Of a stretch of 64,000 nt of DNA, positions 39,701 to 49,861 are shown piece by piece; within the stretch, counting starts at the first letter, position 1; every line of letters begins with the position of its first letter. A program made the translations under genes and the position numbers. This stretch comes from Candidatus Poribacteria bacterium (GTDB taxonomy: Bacteria; Poribacteria; WGA-4E; WGA-3G). Where the stretch lies: assembly GCA_009839975.1 (NCBI GenBank), contig VXOP01000167.1, positions 185-64,184 on the forward strand, in the 5' to 3' direction. The notes below the pieces were generated by a model. That model did no database searches. It saw nothing but the letters and a program-made list of their open reading frames with translations, and was not told the DNA's origin.

Positions 39701-39930
39701 GTGACATGGGTGTTCAAACCACGTCTGTAGATGTTCCATCTGAAGATACTACAGATTCCTCTGCCCTCCCCACTGGCGATGGTTCACTGCAGGCGTTAAT
39801 TGAACAGGCAAATACTCACTTTACCAACGCTCAAAACGCAGGACGCAACGGCAACTGGGCAGAATACGGACGACATCTCGAACGTTTAGAGCAGACATTA
39901 AAACAACTTCAAAAAAGTAGTAAGGAGTAG
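36736..39930 (+). CDS. UPF0182 family large membrane protein
   Basis: 1064 aa. About 7 N-terminal TM helices followed by a large soluble domain. N-terminal YPDVLWFGMVEY matches the UPF0182 signature as recalled from memory. Confidence 0.5.
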   Translation: MEPRVKKFIIIAAVLAALAGIIAAWVNIYPDVLWFGMVEYLSVYTKILTTKIFVGVIVGLVYLIVLLANLFIVYKFTPAHLSPAFLGGTEFTGGETNTRKMIYGGLTVLAVLFSVLMGYTATDRWEVYLRYTHADTLNFQAATPIVVGEGISSTQLPVSTLELDAKKIQIGDEITINVDGNEQTAKVESFLTEQRTEGGKNVEARIGLGLNTPVQIESGQKAFFTSLARDPIFDKDVSYYIFKMPMLRYICGTFFGLFMLVTIFAILIYFFHGLITGDTNQFRFQPPFKVKAHLFILVGVTLLFRAWNYQFVMYDLLYGTNDVVRGGGGYAAINARLPILWIMLVITVLVALIFIVSIFIRKNTFAFGGLIFFIVAGLLGNLYPQIIQKWRVEPNKQVLETQYINYNIRATLQAYGLAENKVLVEEYPLTEEINYEDIISEENAPVFNSIRLWDWRPLRRTFRQLQELRTQYDFVDVDIDRYIVDDEIRQVMLSGRELNIDELPIDSRNDWYKETYVYTHGYGAVVSPVNEINNGKPNMYIKELPSVYDTQWQHRFAEIPGPRIYYGERTNRYVIVHPDRSKGPLEFDYPIEGQQYAEYAYKGKGGVQITSFWRKLLYMLKFDNQINFVLPGEIDSESNSKILYNRNINQRVQKIAPFLQYDGDPYIIIHNGRIVWMIDAYTVTHRYPYAVSMRNFVKDKRNTGPWGNYIRNSVKVVVDAYDGTVDFYIVERENDPIAECYRKIFPDLFKPFSEMPEELKAHIRYPTTMFLIQARVYEDYHMKDPVTFYAAEDRWEIGKELYDHTDAQTSPVQTTQPAQRFGATQQQQPIQRSGVDGQPVEPYYVVIKLPGQEKAEFMLMLPYVPYNKPNLTAWIAARCDLPQYGQLLVYRFPKGKQVAGPMQVENFISQEPDISQQISLCNTQGSRVLRVNLLILPMNDSLLYVEPIYIQAEDEKTAIPELRRVVIGYGNKVVWGASLNEALIKMFGGDMGVQTTSVDVPSEDTTDSSALPTGDGSLQALIEQANTHFTNAQNAGRNGNWAEYGRHLERLEQTLKQLQKSSKE

Positions 39931-39968
39931 ACATGGAGACCTTAATTTTATAGAAGGAGGTGAAGCAC

Positions 39969-40214
39969 ATGTCCCTTGATTGGAAACCACGACATCGCGA
40001 TATGATCATTGGTGGAATCCCTTGGTTAGCAAGAATTTCAGATAAAGCAAGCGCGAAACTGCAAGGCATCATCGGTGAATACATATATCCGTGACCACAA
40101 GATAAGATGTTCCTGGAGGAACATGACATATCTGCTGACGACTTTGTTGAAATGGTAAAGAACAACCCATCAGATGAAGAGATGATTGCTGCCATGAGAG
40201 AATTGAACAGTTAG
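39969..40214 (+). CDS. Candidate selenoprotein (81 aa) with in-frame UGA at 40092-40094
   Basis: Strong GGAGGTG RBS. 41 codons up to the UGA. The same frame continues for 39 more codons to a UAG. A 7-bp hairpin ATGTTCC-UGGA-GGAACAT begins 12 nt after the UGA, which is SECIS-like spacing. The UGA is flanked by Pro (YP-U-PQ). It is absent from the ORF track because each half is under 60 aa. Confidence 0.4.
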
Positions 40215-40315
40215 AATATCATGCTACATAACAGCACAAAATCACGGTATCCGGTAGGCAATTGTCTGCTCGATACCGTGATATTGTATAAAGGTTTATA
40301 TAAGAGGAGCGTTTT

Positions 40316-43300
40316 ATGTATAGACAACAAAACATCTTTATCTTTCTGTATATACTCTGTCTCTTAGTCTTTTTATTGTGTGACAACCCTATCATCTTTG
40401 CACAGGATATATCTAACGATGAACAGATAATAGAACGTTATAAACTGATGCTTAAACGTAAGCCAAAAGAGGGGAGTACATTTGACCGGCTCTATCAGTT
40501 TTATCTGGAAGGTGCTGGTTTAGATGCAATGGTTTCAGATTATCAAGCAGAAGCAGAAGCCAATCCGAATGAACCAAACCTGCAACTTATCTTAGGACAT
40601 ATCTACAAACGGCTTGGAAGAGATACAGAAGCCGTCAATACATACAAACGTGCTGTTGCACTTGCACCAGACAATTACTATACGCATTTTGCACTCGGAC
40701 AAGCGTTTGCTGCATTACTACAGCATGAAAATGCCATCAATTCTTTGAAACAGTCAGCAACTTTTGCTGAGAAGACGCAAGATGCTACTCCCGAAGAAAT
40801 GACTGCCATCTATAAAGCACTCGGCAAAAGTTACTTCAGGCGAGATAGGGTTGATGAAGCAATTACTGCATGGATAAAGATCGCTGAAATTGATCCACAA
40901 AACATCTTTGCACGGACTGAACTTGCCGATCTATTCATAGAGCAGGAACTATACGAGCAAGCAATCACACAGCATCAAGCGATAATACAACTCAAAACGG
41001 ATGATCCTTACCGAAAGTGTTTAAGTCAAAGAGAAATTGGCAATATCTATGAAATAAAAGGTGATTATCAGAAAGCCATTCAAAGTTATGATACAGCACT
41101 CTCCTTAACAGTACCCGGCAACTGGTTGCGGAAAGACCTTCAACATCGTATCATCGGTATATTCGCCACTGATAGTGATTGGAAAGGCTTGATTAAATAC
41201 TACCAACAGAAACTCGAAACAACGCCAAATGAACCGGAACTACTCGGCTTGTTAGCTGCAGCGTATATTGAAAACCAGCAAACTGAAGAAGGGATAAACG
41301 TATATCGGAAAGGTTTAGAACTTGCACCAACAGATTCGACGCTCCGCCTAAATCTTATCGCTGCACTCCGCAACGATGAAAAGTTCGCTGAAGCTGCAAC
41401 TGAATATGAAGTACTGAGTGAACAAGATCCAGACGATTTTGGAATCTATCGTGAACTCGGTGAGTTGTATATACAAGTGGATGATGAAGACAGCGCAAGG
41501 AAAACGTATCAACAGATGATTGATCGTGATCCGAACAGTGCCAGTACATATCTGACACTTGCAGAAATCTACACAGGCAATGAATGGCTTGAAGATGCAA
41601 TCGCAGCATATCAGAAAGCGATATCCCTTGCCCCGAATAATCTTGACTACATTGCGTATTTTGGGGAATTCTATCTGCGTCAAGGAAGTCGTGACAAAGC
41701 AATAGAAACTTGGAATATGATGGTTGCCTCTAACTTAGGGATTGCCGAAAATTATGAAAGACTTGCAAAACTACTTAGCACAAAGAACTTTCATACCGAA
41801 GCAATAACCGTAAGTCGAAAAGCTGTAGAATTGAAACCCGATGTCTACGAATACCGTAAGGAGTTGGCACAACGACTTATGAAAACTGGGGAATTCGAGG
41901 AAGCACAGAAAACGTTTACCGAAGCAGCAAAACTTGCACCGAACGCATTCTTTGCTGAGGAGATGGACAACCAACGTATTGAACTCTATCGTAGACAAGG
42001 AACGCTTTTGGAAAAAATCGAAGCAGTGGAGGTAGCACTTGAAGAATCTGGACTGACAGATACAGAGATATTCACACAACAGAAACGACTCGCAAAGATG
42101 TATCTTAAGTTGGGTAATGTCACTTATGCATTGGAAGTCCTTTTGAAAGCAAAGGCGGACAAACCTGATGATGTAATTGTCAATCGATGGCTTGCGGAGG
42201 TATATATCAAGCAAAACAGACGCGATGATGCGAATGCTATCTACATGCATCTTATACAAATCGACAGTGCCAATGCACGCGAATACTATACGAATATTGC
42301 GCAATCTCATTTGCATGTGATGGATTTTGAAGCTGCCACTGCATCAGCAAAGCAGGTCATCGCGCACAGTCCACGCAATCCAGAAGGACATAAGATGCTT
42401 GCTGAAATTGCAAAACAGTCCTCCAATTATGATGGTGCTATAGATAGCCTCAAACAGGCAATTCGTCTACGTCCAGATGCAATTGATATGCGTTCTGAGT
42501 TGGCAGCGGTTTATAAGCTTGCAGAAAAACCGAGGCAAGCACTTGCACAGTATTGGCGATGCTGGGAATTAAGCGATTCTGTTAGTGACAAACTCTCTTT
42601 CGTCAAACCACTTTCCGATACATATTACGACTTAGGACAGGGTAGTGCTTTGTCGGAAAAACTAAAACAGTTATCAAAATCAAATGCATCTGGTGTTGCC
42701 CCTGTTTTGGCACTTGCTGAACTCCACCGTATGGAAGGGGATCTCCCAAAGGCAAGATTTCAACTTGCACGTGCATTAGATAGGCAAAGCGATAATCCGG
42801 ACCTGTTGTCACAACTTGTGAACATTAGCCTTGACCTTGGTGATAACCAAGACGCCTTAACCTATCAAGAACGTCTCGTTAAAGCACATCCAGACCCAAT
42901 CCACCAGCGAAAACTGGGTGAGTTGTTATTTGATGCTGGACGCGAGCAGGAGGCTATTCAGGCATGGACAAAACTGCTTCATGCGAAAAACCAGACACTT
43001 GAAGCGGAGGTAAAACTCGCTATTTTACTGATTCGGCATGCACATCTTGACGAAGCACTCTTTGTCCTTGATCGCGCAGCTGAGAAAATTACTGGTACAG
43101 ATGCACATATAGCACTCTTCCAACTCGGTGTGGTATTAGTGAAAATGAACGAGTATGAACGCGCACGGACGCATTTCCAACGTATCTTAGAGATGCCAAA
43201 ACCACAGGAAACCGCAGATAAGAAACGAGATACATACAGACGTTATAACTATGATCCACCCGGTATAAATACCAGAAAATTTGATCTTGCAGACGACCTT

Positions 43301-46300
43301 CTTTACGATATTCAGGATCAATCATACAGAGGCAGCAATGTTCAAGGATGGATGCCGAAAAACTTTGACGAAGCACAAGCAGGCGCACTTGTACATTTAG
43401 TGACAATATCACAACAAGAAGGCAAACTAAATGAATTCATACAACAGTATGAAACCAACCTGAATAAAAACCCAAAGGACATCAAGACGCTTGAAACCTT
43501 AGCGCAAATCTATACCTTGACAGAAAACACAAAGAAGACAGATGAAATTATTGAGCAATTGATCGCTGCATCTCCTAAAGATACCACCTACCAAGCCATA
43601 AGATTAAGAAATGCGATTCAAAGAGACTATACTTCTGAAACATTAGAGCAATATCTAAATAACACCACAGATTTAACTGAAGCATCACGTCTTTGGTTCA
43701 CATTTCAATACATCCAAAAACGCTACCTTGAAGGGGAAGAGGCTGAAGCAGAGAAACTGATAAATGAAATTGAAGATACAAATGGCATGAACCTTGACAC
43801 TATTGATGCCCTTATAGAGACACTTGTTCTCATGAAGAAAACTGACGCTGCGGAACGATTCATTGCAAAGTTACCTATTCCTACGCAAACACAACAGTCA
43901 ACGTATAGATACATTTATAGTAAGGTTACCCATGCCTACCTAAAGCTTGGGCAGTATGACAAGGCTGTAAATCTCTTCTGGACTTACCTTGAGAAGACTC
44001 GTCCTGAAATGATTAACACACAACGAGTTCCATCATTACCTTTAAGCACATCTTCTTCAAGTAGTTCATCCATTCAAACAATATTTCCTACAAGCACAGC
44101 CTATTACAAGGGAAGTCGATTGTGGTATCTAAAATCCTTTTCACGCGAATTGTGGATGAATAATCAACAGATGGTACTGTACGAAAAATTACAGACTGTT
44201 TTTGATGCGACGGATGGAAGAGATAGAATCTTCCCTGGATTAGCACTTAGCTACTGTTACTGGTGGAATGGACGGCGCGAAAAAGCACAAGAAATACTCG
44301 TTTCACTTCAAAACGAATTCCCACATGACCAATCCCTCAAACTCAATACAGTGTTCTTAGCAATTCAATCAGGACAACAGGCTGGAACAATTAAATTACT
44401 TGAGGAACTTACAATCAGTGATCCGAGAAATAGATCTAAATACTACGAACTGACGTTAAAACTGGCAATGCAGACGGGTAACAGTGTCGCAATACGTGAT
44501 CTGATAGTAAAACTCCTGAATACACCAAGCAGTGCTCATGAACTTTACAACTATTCCATGCAACTAAAGAAAGCCGGTTATTCACAATACGCTTCTGCAA
44601 TTATGAATAAAACAGTGAAACTTGCTATGGGGGTGCAAGATGCAAGTTTTTTGATGGATATAAGTCGTCATTTGGAAAATCTCGGTAGAGGACAGGATGC
44701 CGCGATGATCGCAGAAAGGGCACTACGATTTGCAAACCGACGCGACCGATACGGTAGAACACTATCTTCTTGGAAACTTCAACAAGCCACACACCTGACG
44801 AGCCATTCAGAATCCATTAAAGATCATGAAATACAATTAATTGAAGCTGCAAGAAAGAACCCTAATTCACATAAGGCACAGATAAAGTTGGCAGCCTTCT
44901 ATGAAGGAACAGAACGGATTGAAAAGGCGACAGACGCATTCAAGACTGCACTCACTTTACGACCTAAAGACAGTGATACTCGCAAACGTTACGCAGCTTT
45001 GTTATACCGAAGTGGAAAATATGAGGATGCTATTCCGCAATATACGAAACTGCTCCAAGACAACCCAAGTATACTTGGGTACGATACGTGGGATGTAATT
45101 GAAACCTTTTTTAGGGCAAAGAGAGTTGACGAACTCGTCTCTCTCTCCAAAGATATGATAACACCATCCATTGGACGGGATTATAATAACGAATTAGCAC
45201 GAGATGTAGCAAGTGAACTTAGGGATACAAACAATCATAAAGCAGCTATAGAAATATATGAAAAACTGATTGAAGCACAGCCGAGTGACTCATACTATAT
45301 TCGATACATGGCTGGTGCATACACCGAAATGGGTGAATATGAGAAAGCAATCCAGATACTAAGGGATTTACTGAAAATCGAGGATTCACTGTATTGGCAA
45401 AAAACGACCATCTCATTATTGACACGTTATTATAGATTTTCCGGTGGACTGGAGGAATTCATCACGGAATATGAAGCAAAACTGGCAGAAAAACCGGCTG
45501 ATAACAACTTACGCTATCTTGTTGCTACAATGAAATTTGAAGCGAATGACTTGGATGGGGCAGACGAACTCACTTTACAACTTCTTGATGAGGACACGTT
45601 CAATACTCTAAATAGAGGTGACCTCACAAGTTTGGCGGATGCTTATCGACTTGCAGGGTTGCGAGAACGTGAATTGCAGATTCTGGAATACATTGTGAAA
45701 AACCAACAAGGGTATTGGACGACATATAATAGACTCGGCATGATATATGGACTAAGGGGTGAAACGGAGAAAGCACAAGATGCATATCGTAAAATGGGTA
45801 GACTCAAGTTGCAATATAGGAACGATTACATTGACCTAATGAATCTGGGTTCGATTTATATGCAGAATCTCATGTGGGATGATGCTGAACCGCTTTTTAT
45901 TCAAATCGTCAACGACCTGTCTGTTCAATCATATTATCGTAGCCAAGCAGCAGATCAGTTGGTAGGAATAAAAAGACGTCGCACTGATTTCAATAATTCA
46001 ACCCAACTGAATGATAAGATACAATCCATGGACATCGGCACGTTGCGAACTTTAGCAAAAGATTTCGCACGGCGCGGAGATAGAAAAAAAGCAATAACCT
46101 TATACACACATCTCCAAAAGATCATGCCAGAAGACTTCGAATCTCGGGCACACCTTGCATCAATATATACGACCCAAAATCAATACGACAATGCTGTTGC
46201 GACATGGGAATCACTCCTTGCTGAAGACCCGGGAAACTCAAAGTTTCAAGATGGACTTGTCCGGACCTATCAGAAAGCAGGTAATATTAACAAAGCAATT

Positions 46301-49300
46301 GAAATAGCGCAACACTACATTGACCGTGATTCTGACAACAGTGTCAATTACATCCGTATTGCAAAACTCTATGCCGATGCGGATCGGACCGATGATGCTA
46401 TCACTGCATACAAAAAAGCAGTTGAAATTAACCCTGGCAATGCCGAACTCTACCAAGAAATGGCTACACTCTATCTGCGTAAAGAGGATGTAGATGCTGC
46501 TAAACAGGCTTACCAAGAAGCAATACGGTACACGGGATCAGAATGGGAACGACAGGATATTGAGCAAGAGATAATAAAACTAACTGAAAGTAAAGAAAAC
46601 AGTGAAGACGCTGAACAGAAGATGGAAGAGGATAAGGTGCTTACTTATGCACAGCAAAAGGCACGCGCGGATAAGTTAAGAGAAGATGGAAAACTCACTG
46701 AGGCAAGTACTACTTATGAAAAAGCTCTTGAAATGACTACCGATAGTTTTGAACAGAGAAGAATCTATGAATATCTGATCGATATTTATCCAAAAGTTGG
46801 GAATGATGATGCTGCCATTGAAATGCACGACATGCTTGCATTCTCAATGGGAATATACAATGCTGAACAAAGAGCACGCGATAGGTTAATCAATGCTTAT
46901 GATAGTGCAAGCAAACTTGATATCCTGACAACTATCTATAAGACAAAACTTGAGAACGATCCCAAAAATATAAAGAATATGGAAATGCTTGCAGAAACTT
47001 ACAAAAAAGCGAACGACCATGCAAAGACAGCTGAGATGTATCAAGCAATCATCAAGTTACAACCGAATAACATCATAAGTTATTACTGGATTGCTGCTGC
47101 ATATAATAGAGATGGACAATCCGATTTAGCTAAGCAGATGTTAAGTCAAGGTGAAAGTGTTCTTTCTGTTAGTGATAGAAAAAGCGATAGGTATTTCCTT
47201 AAAGAGCTCGGGGATATCTGCTATGACGGTAGATTGTACGACTCGGCAATTAAACTGGCTTATACTGCAATCGCTGAAAGTATAGGGACGAGACTCCACG
47301 GCGTTGGTTCTCCTGCTGAATCTGCCTATGAACTTCTGGCAAAGAGTTACCTCGCTGCAAAACGATATGAGGAAGCAGTATATGCTTATCAGCAACTCGT
47401 AAATCTCCCAGGAAGTGGTTGGCGTAGAGACGAAGCAAGGAGAGCCATTGAAAGCGCATCAAAGTTGGGTAAACTTTACGATAAACAGATACCGAAACTG
47501 CTGAAACAGGTTCAGGAAAATCCTGATGACGCAGAAGTTCGTTTGACACTTGCACAAACCTACGAAAAAGCAGATAAACCTGATGAATCAATTACACATT
47601 ACGAAAAGTTGAGTCAACTCCAACCTAATGATGTCAGATGGCAAAAAAAACTGGGTGATCTCTATAAAAAGGAGAGGTTACAGCGAAGCCTAACTGGACA
47701 AGTATATGAAAACATTGCAGTGCAGCTTGACGGCAACGCAAATTATGTAGAGGTAGAGAACAGTGACTCATTGAGAAGAATCACACGACAGGCGACAATT
47801 TCCTTCTGGATGAAACCCACTGCATTTCCAAATAGATATGCACCGATAATATCTAAAGGAGATGAACGACAAGCAGATTTGAGCAACCGAAGCTACACCC
47901 TTCATCTTGAAGAGCAGGGAAAAATACATTTCTCCTCTGCTCCCAGGGGGCGTGGACAGAGGCAAATCTATACAGATGTTGGTACTATTCAATTAAACCA
48001 ATGGTATCACATTACTGGCGTTATTGATGCGACACGAAACAGTATCAAACTCTATGTCAACGGGATTGAATTAGGTAACAATACCTTGAGTGGACAACAG
48101 AGTTTCTATGAAAGTCATTTACCGCTACGCATTGGATGGACACATGAGATAGAAAGACCTACACATTCACCTTTCGTTGGACTTATTGATGATGTGCGAA
48201 TCTGGAATATCGCACGTCGCGGAAATCAGATCCGTTCTGATATGAATACAGAATTGAAGGGAGATGAACAAGGATTAGTCGCGTATTGGAAATTCAATGG
48301 TGCTACAGATGGCATGGTACTTGACGCTACACCCAATAAAAACCATGGTAGAATATTCGGAAATGCCAAATTTACCTCTTATTCACGTCCTATTTTCGAG
48401 AGTGCAAAAAGTGCACAACTTACAAAAGCATCTGCTGCTTATGAAAAAGCAGTTAAGCTTGACCCTACTTCTTATGAACTATACACCTTATTGGCAGAAA
48501 CTTATGACAGAAGTGGTCAATCATCAAAAGCAGAGGAGGTATATCTCCGAGCTCTGGATGCTCCACTTACAGAACGCAACCACGATGACGCGATTCAAGC
48601 CATCTGGTCATTTTACGAAAATAGGAAGGATCAAGACAAGGGAATTGCAATCCTTGAAGGACTTAAGCAGCGACAGAAAAATAGTGTAGTTCTATATCAA
48701 CTGTTAGGAGATGTATACCGAAGTGTCGGAGATACTGACAAATCTGATCACGCTTATACGCAGTGGATTGAACTCCGACGGCGACAGTTAAACCAGCAAG
48801 GTTCCGGTTATCAAGATTTTGCCGAAGAACTGATAAAAAAAGAGATGTTTCCAGCAGAGGCAATAGAATTTGCAAAACGTGCTGTCCAACACAATAGTAA
48901 TTATACGAATATACTAACATTAGGATATGCTTATCTTGCAGATGGACAAAATGATATAGCACTTGAAGAATTCAAAAAAGGGTTAAAGATCTTGAAATCC
49001 GGGTCTTTTCAACGCAAATTCTTCTCATGGATTTTTGATTACGGTGAAAAAATAGAAGACAAAGAGACTTACGTTGACATGTTAAACGAACTCGTAAACG
49101 TTATACCTGATAACTTAATCGTTCAACTTAATCTTAGTCTGCTGCTTGCGGATTTCTGCCTAAAAAATGACATGCAAGATAAAGCAAGAGCGTACATTCA
49201 AAAAACCGGTTTCATTACTGAAGATGCATGGCTATACCTCGGTCCTTTTGACAATACCAGCGGAATAGGTCACGATACTGCATATATTCAAGAAGACATC

Positions 49301-49729
49301 ACACAAATAGACATGAACAAAAAGTATGATGCGGATAATAAGAAGATCAGTTGGAACAATCTGCCAGATGACAAGTTGGATGGTTTTATTAATATGGGAG
49401 AAGGGCGCGACTGGGAGGTTGCTTATGCTTTCACAACTATCGTTTCACCTGATGCGCGTGAAGTCCAATTCCGATTCGATAGTGATGATCAGGGAAAAAT
49501 CTGGCTTAATGGTGAAAGGGTATACGCAAGACGCACTTCACATCCGACAGAAATTGATCGGTATGTTTTTCCTGTGACTCTCAAGCAAGGCACAAACAGT
49601 CTACTCATCAAAGTATGTGAAGAGTCAGGTGGTTGGGGATTTTACCTGCGTATCACAGATGAACACGGTAAACCTTATCAGGACCTACAATTCCGACGTC
49701 CAGATACGGGATCGGTGGTGCAACAATAA
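40316..49729 (+). CDS. Giant secreted TPR-repeat protein (3137 aa) with C-terminal concanavalin-A-like (LamG) and beta-sandwich carbohydrate-binding-like domains
   Basis: N-terminal signal. Dozens of TPR units (A..Y..A..L.P). Around residues 2480-2680 there is a LamG-like pattern (ISFWMKP...WYHITGV...LYVNG). The final roughly 170 aa is a jelly-roll-like domain (GKIWLNGERVY...GGWGFYLRI). Confidence 0.75.
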   Translation: MYRQQNIFIFLYILCLLVFLLCDNPIIFAQDISNDEQIIERYKLMLKRKPKEGSTFDRLYQFYLEGAGLDAMVSDYQAEAEANPNEPNLQLILGHIYKRLGRDTEAVNTYKRAVALAPDNYYTHFALGQAFAALLQHENAINSLKQSATFAEKTQDATPEEMTAIYKALGKSYFRRDRVDEAITAWIKIAEIDPQNIFARTELADLFIEQELYEQAITQHQAIIQLKTDDPYRKCLSQREIGNIYEIKGDYQKAIQSYDTALSLTVPGNWLRKDLQHRIIGIFATDSDWKGLIKYYQQKLETTPNEPELLGLLAAAYIENQQTEEGINVYRKGLELAPTDSTLRLNLIAALRNDEKFAEAATEYEVLSEQDPDDFGIYRELGELYIQVDDEDSARKTYQQMIDRDPNSASTYLTLAEIYTGNEWLEDAIAAYQKAISLAPNNLDYIAYFGEFYLRQGSRDKAIETWNMMVASNLGIAENYERLAKLLSTKNFHTEAITVSRKAVELKPDVYEYRKELAQRLMKTGEFEEAQKTFTEAAKLAPNAFFAEEMDNQRIELYRRQGTLLEKIEAVEVALEESGLTDTEIFTQQKRLAKMYLKLGNVTYALEVLLKAKADKPDDVIVNRWLAEVYIKQNRRDDANAIYMHLIQIDSANAREYYTNIAQSHLHVMDFEAATASAKQVIAHSPRNPEGHKMLAEIAKQSSNYDGAIDSLKQAIRLRPDAIDMRSELAAVYKLAEKPRQALAQYWRCWELSDSVSDKLSFVKPLSDTYYDLGQGSALSEKLKQLSKSNASGVAPVLALAELHRMEGDLPKARFQLARALDRQSDNPDLLSQLVNISLDLGDNQDALTYQERLVKAHPDPIHQRKLGELLFDAGREQEAIQAWTKLLHAKNQTLEAEVKLAILLIRHAHLDEALFVLDRAAEKITGTDAHIALFQLGVVLVKMNEYERARTHFQRILEMPKPQETADKKRDTYRRYNYDPPGINTRKFDLADDLLYDIQDQSYRGSNVQGWMPKNFDEAQAGALVHLVTISQQEGKLNEFIQQYETNLNKNPKDIKTLETLAQIYTLTENTKKTDEIIEQLIAASPKDTTYQAIRLRNAIQRDYTSETLEQYLNNTTDLTEASRLWFTFQYIQKRYLEGEEAEAEKLINEIEDTNGMNLDTIDALIETLVLMKKTDAAERFIAKLPIPTQTQQSTYRYIYSKVTHAYLKLGQYDKAVNLFWTYLEKTRPEMINTQRVPSLPLSTSSSSSSSIQTIFPTSTAYYKGSRLWYLKSFSRELWMNNQQMVLYEKLQTVFDATDGRDRIFPGLALSYCYWWNGRREKAQEILVSLQNEFPHDQSLKLNTVFLAIQSGQQAGTIKLLEELTISDPRNRSKYYELTLKLAMQTGNSVAIRDLIVKLLNTPSSAHELYNYSMQLKKAGYSQYASAIMNKTVKLAMGVQDASFLMDISRHLENLGRGQDAAMIAERALRFANRRDRYGRTLSSWKLQQATHLTSHSESIKDHEIQLIEAARKNPNSHKAQIKLAAFYEGTERIEKATDAFKTALTLRPKDSDTRKRYAALLYRSGKYEDAIPQYTKLLQDNPSILGYDTWDVIETFFRAKRVDELVSLSKDMITPSIGRDYNNELARDVASELRDTNNHKAAIEIYEKLIEAQPSDSYYIRYMAGAYTEMGEYEKAIQILRDLLKIEDSLYWQKTTISLLTRYYRFSGGLEEFITEYEAKLAEKPADNNLRYLVATMKFEANDLDGADELTLQLLDEDTFNTLNRGDLTSLADAYRLAGLRERELQILEYIVKNQQGYWTTYNRLGMIYGLRGETEKAQDAYRKMGRLKLQYRNDYIDLMNLGSIYMQNLMWDDAEPLFIQIVNDLSVQSYYRSQAADQLVGIKRRRTDFNNSTQLNDKIQSMDIGTLRTLAKDFARRGDRKKAITLYTHLQKIMPEDFESRAHLASIYTTQNQYDNAVATWESLLAEDPGNSKFQDGLVRTYQKAGNINKAIEIAQHYIDRDSDNSVNYIRIAKLYADADRTDDAITAYKKAVEINPGNAELYQEMATLYLRKEDVDAAKQAYQEAIRYTGSEWERQDIEQEIIKLTESKENSEDAEQKMEEDKVLTYAQQKARADKLREDGKLTEASTTYEKALEMTTDSFEQRRIYEYLIDIYPKVGNDDAAIEMHDMLAFSMGIYNAEQRARDRLINAYDSASKLDILTTIYKTKLENDPKNIKNMEMLAETYKKANDHAKTAEMYQAIIKLQPNNIISYYWIAAAYNRDGQSDLAKQMLSQGESVLSVSDRKSDRYFLKELGDICYDGRLYDSAIKLAYTAIAESIGTRLHGVGSPAESAYELLAKSYLAAKRYEEAVYAYQQLVNLPGSGWRRDEARRAIESASKLGKLYDKQIPKLLKQVQENPDDAEVRLTLAQTYEKADKPDESITHYEKLSQLQPNDVRWQKKLGDLYKKERLQRSLTGQVYENIAVQLDGNANYVEVENSDSLRRITRQATISFWMKPTAFPNRYAPIISKGDERQADLSNRSYTLHLEEQGKIHFSSAPRGRGQRQIYTDVGTIQLNQWYHITGVIDATRNSIKLYVNGIELGNNTLSGQQSFYESHLPLRIGWTHEIERPTHSPFVGLIDDVRIWNIARRGNQIRSDMNTELKGDEQGLVAYWKFNGATDGMVLDATPNKNHGRIFGNAKFTSYSRPIFESAKSAQLTKASAAYEKAVKLDPTSYELYTLLAETYDRSGQSSKAEEVYLRALDAPLTERNHDDAIQAIWSFYENRKDQDKGIAILEGLKQRQKNSVVLYQLLGDVYRSVGDTDKSDHAYTQWIELRRRQLNQQGSGYQDFAEELIKKEMFPAEAIEFAKRAVQHNSNYTNILTLGYAYLADGQNDIALEEFKKGLKILKSGSFQRKFFSWIFDYGEKIEDKETYVDMLNELVNVIPDNLIVQLNLSLLLADFCLKNDMQDKARAYIQKTGFITEDAWLYLGPFDNTSGIGHDTAYIQEDITQIDMNKKYDADNKKISWNNLPDDKLDGFINMGEGRDWEVAYAFTTIVSPDAREVQFRFDSDDQGKIWLNGERVYARRTSHPTEIDRYVFPVTLKQGTNSLLIKVCEESGGWGFYLRITDEHGKPYQDLQFRRPDTGSVVQQ

Positions 49730-49861
49730 TTCAGTCATTGGAACATTCGTACTGTATCCCTTGTTTTTGTTTTTCTCAAATTGGAAGATGTGCTACAATA
49801 TATGTATGAACTAATTCTTTAAATCATCGCGCTATCACAGCAACATGATGCGCGAATTGCT

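Noticed and set aside
41348-42316. Multiple minus-strand ORFs of 100-180 aa inside the giant TPR gene, and similar antisense ORFs inside other long genes
   Set aside because: They are fully embedded antisense to a continuous 9.4-kb ORF with coherent TPR periodicity. They are typical shadow ORFs.
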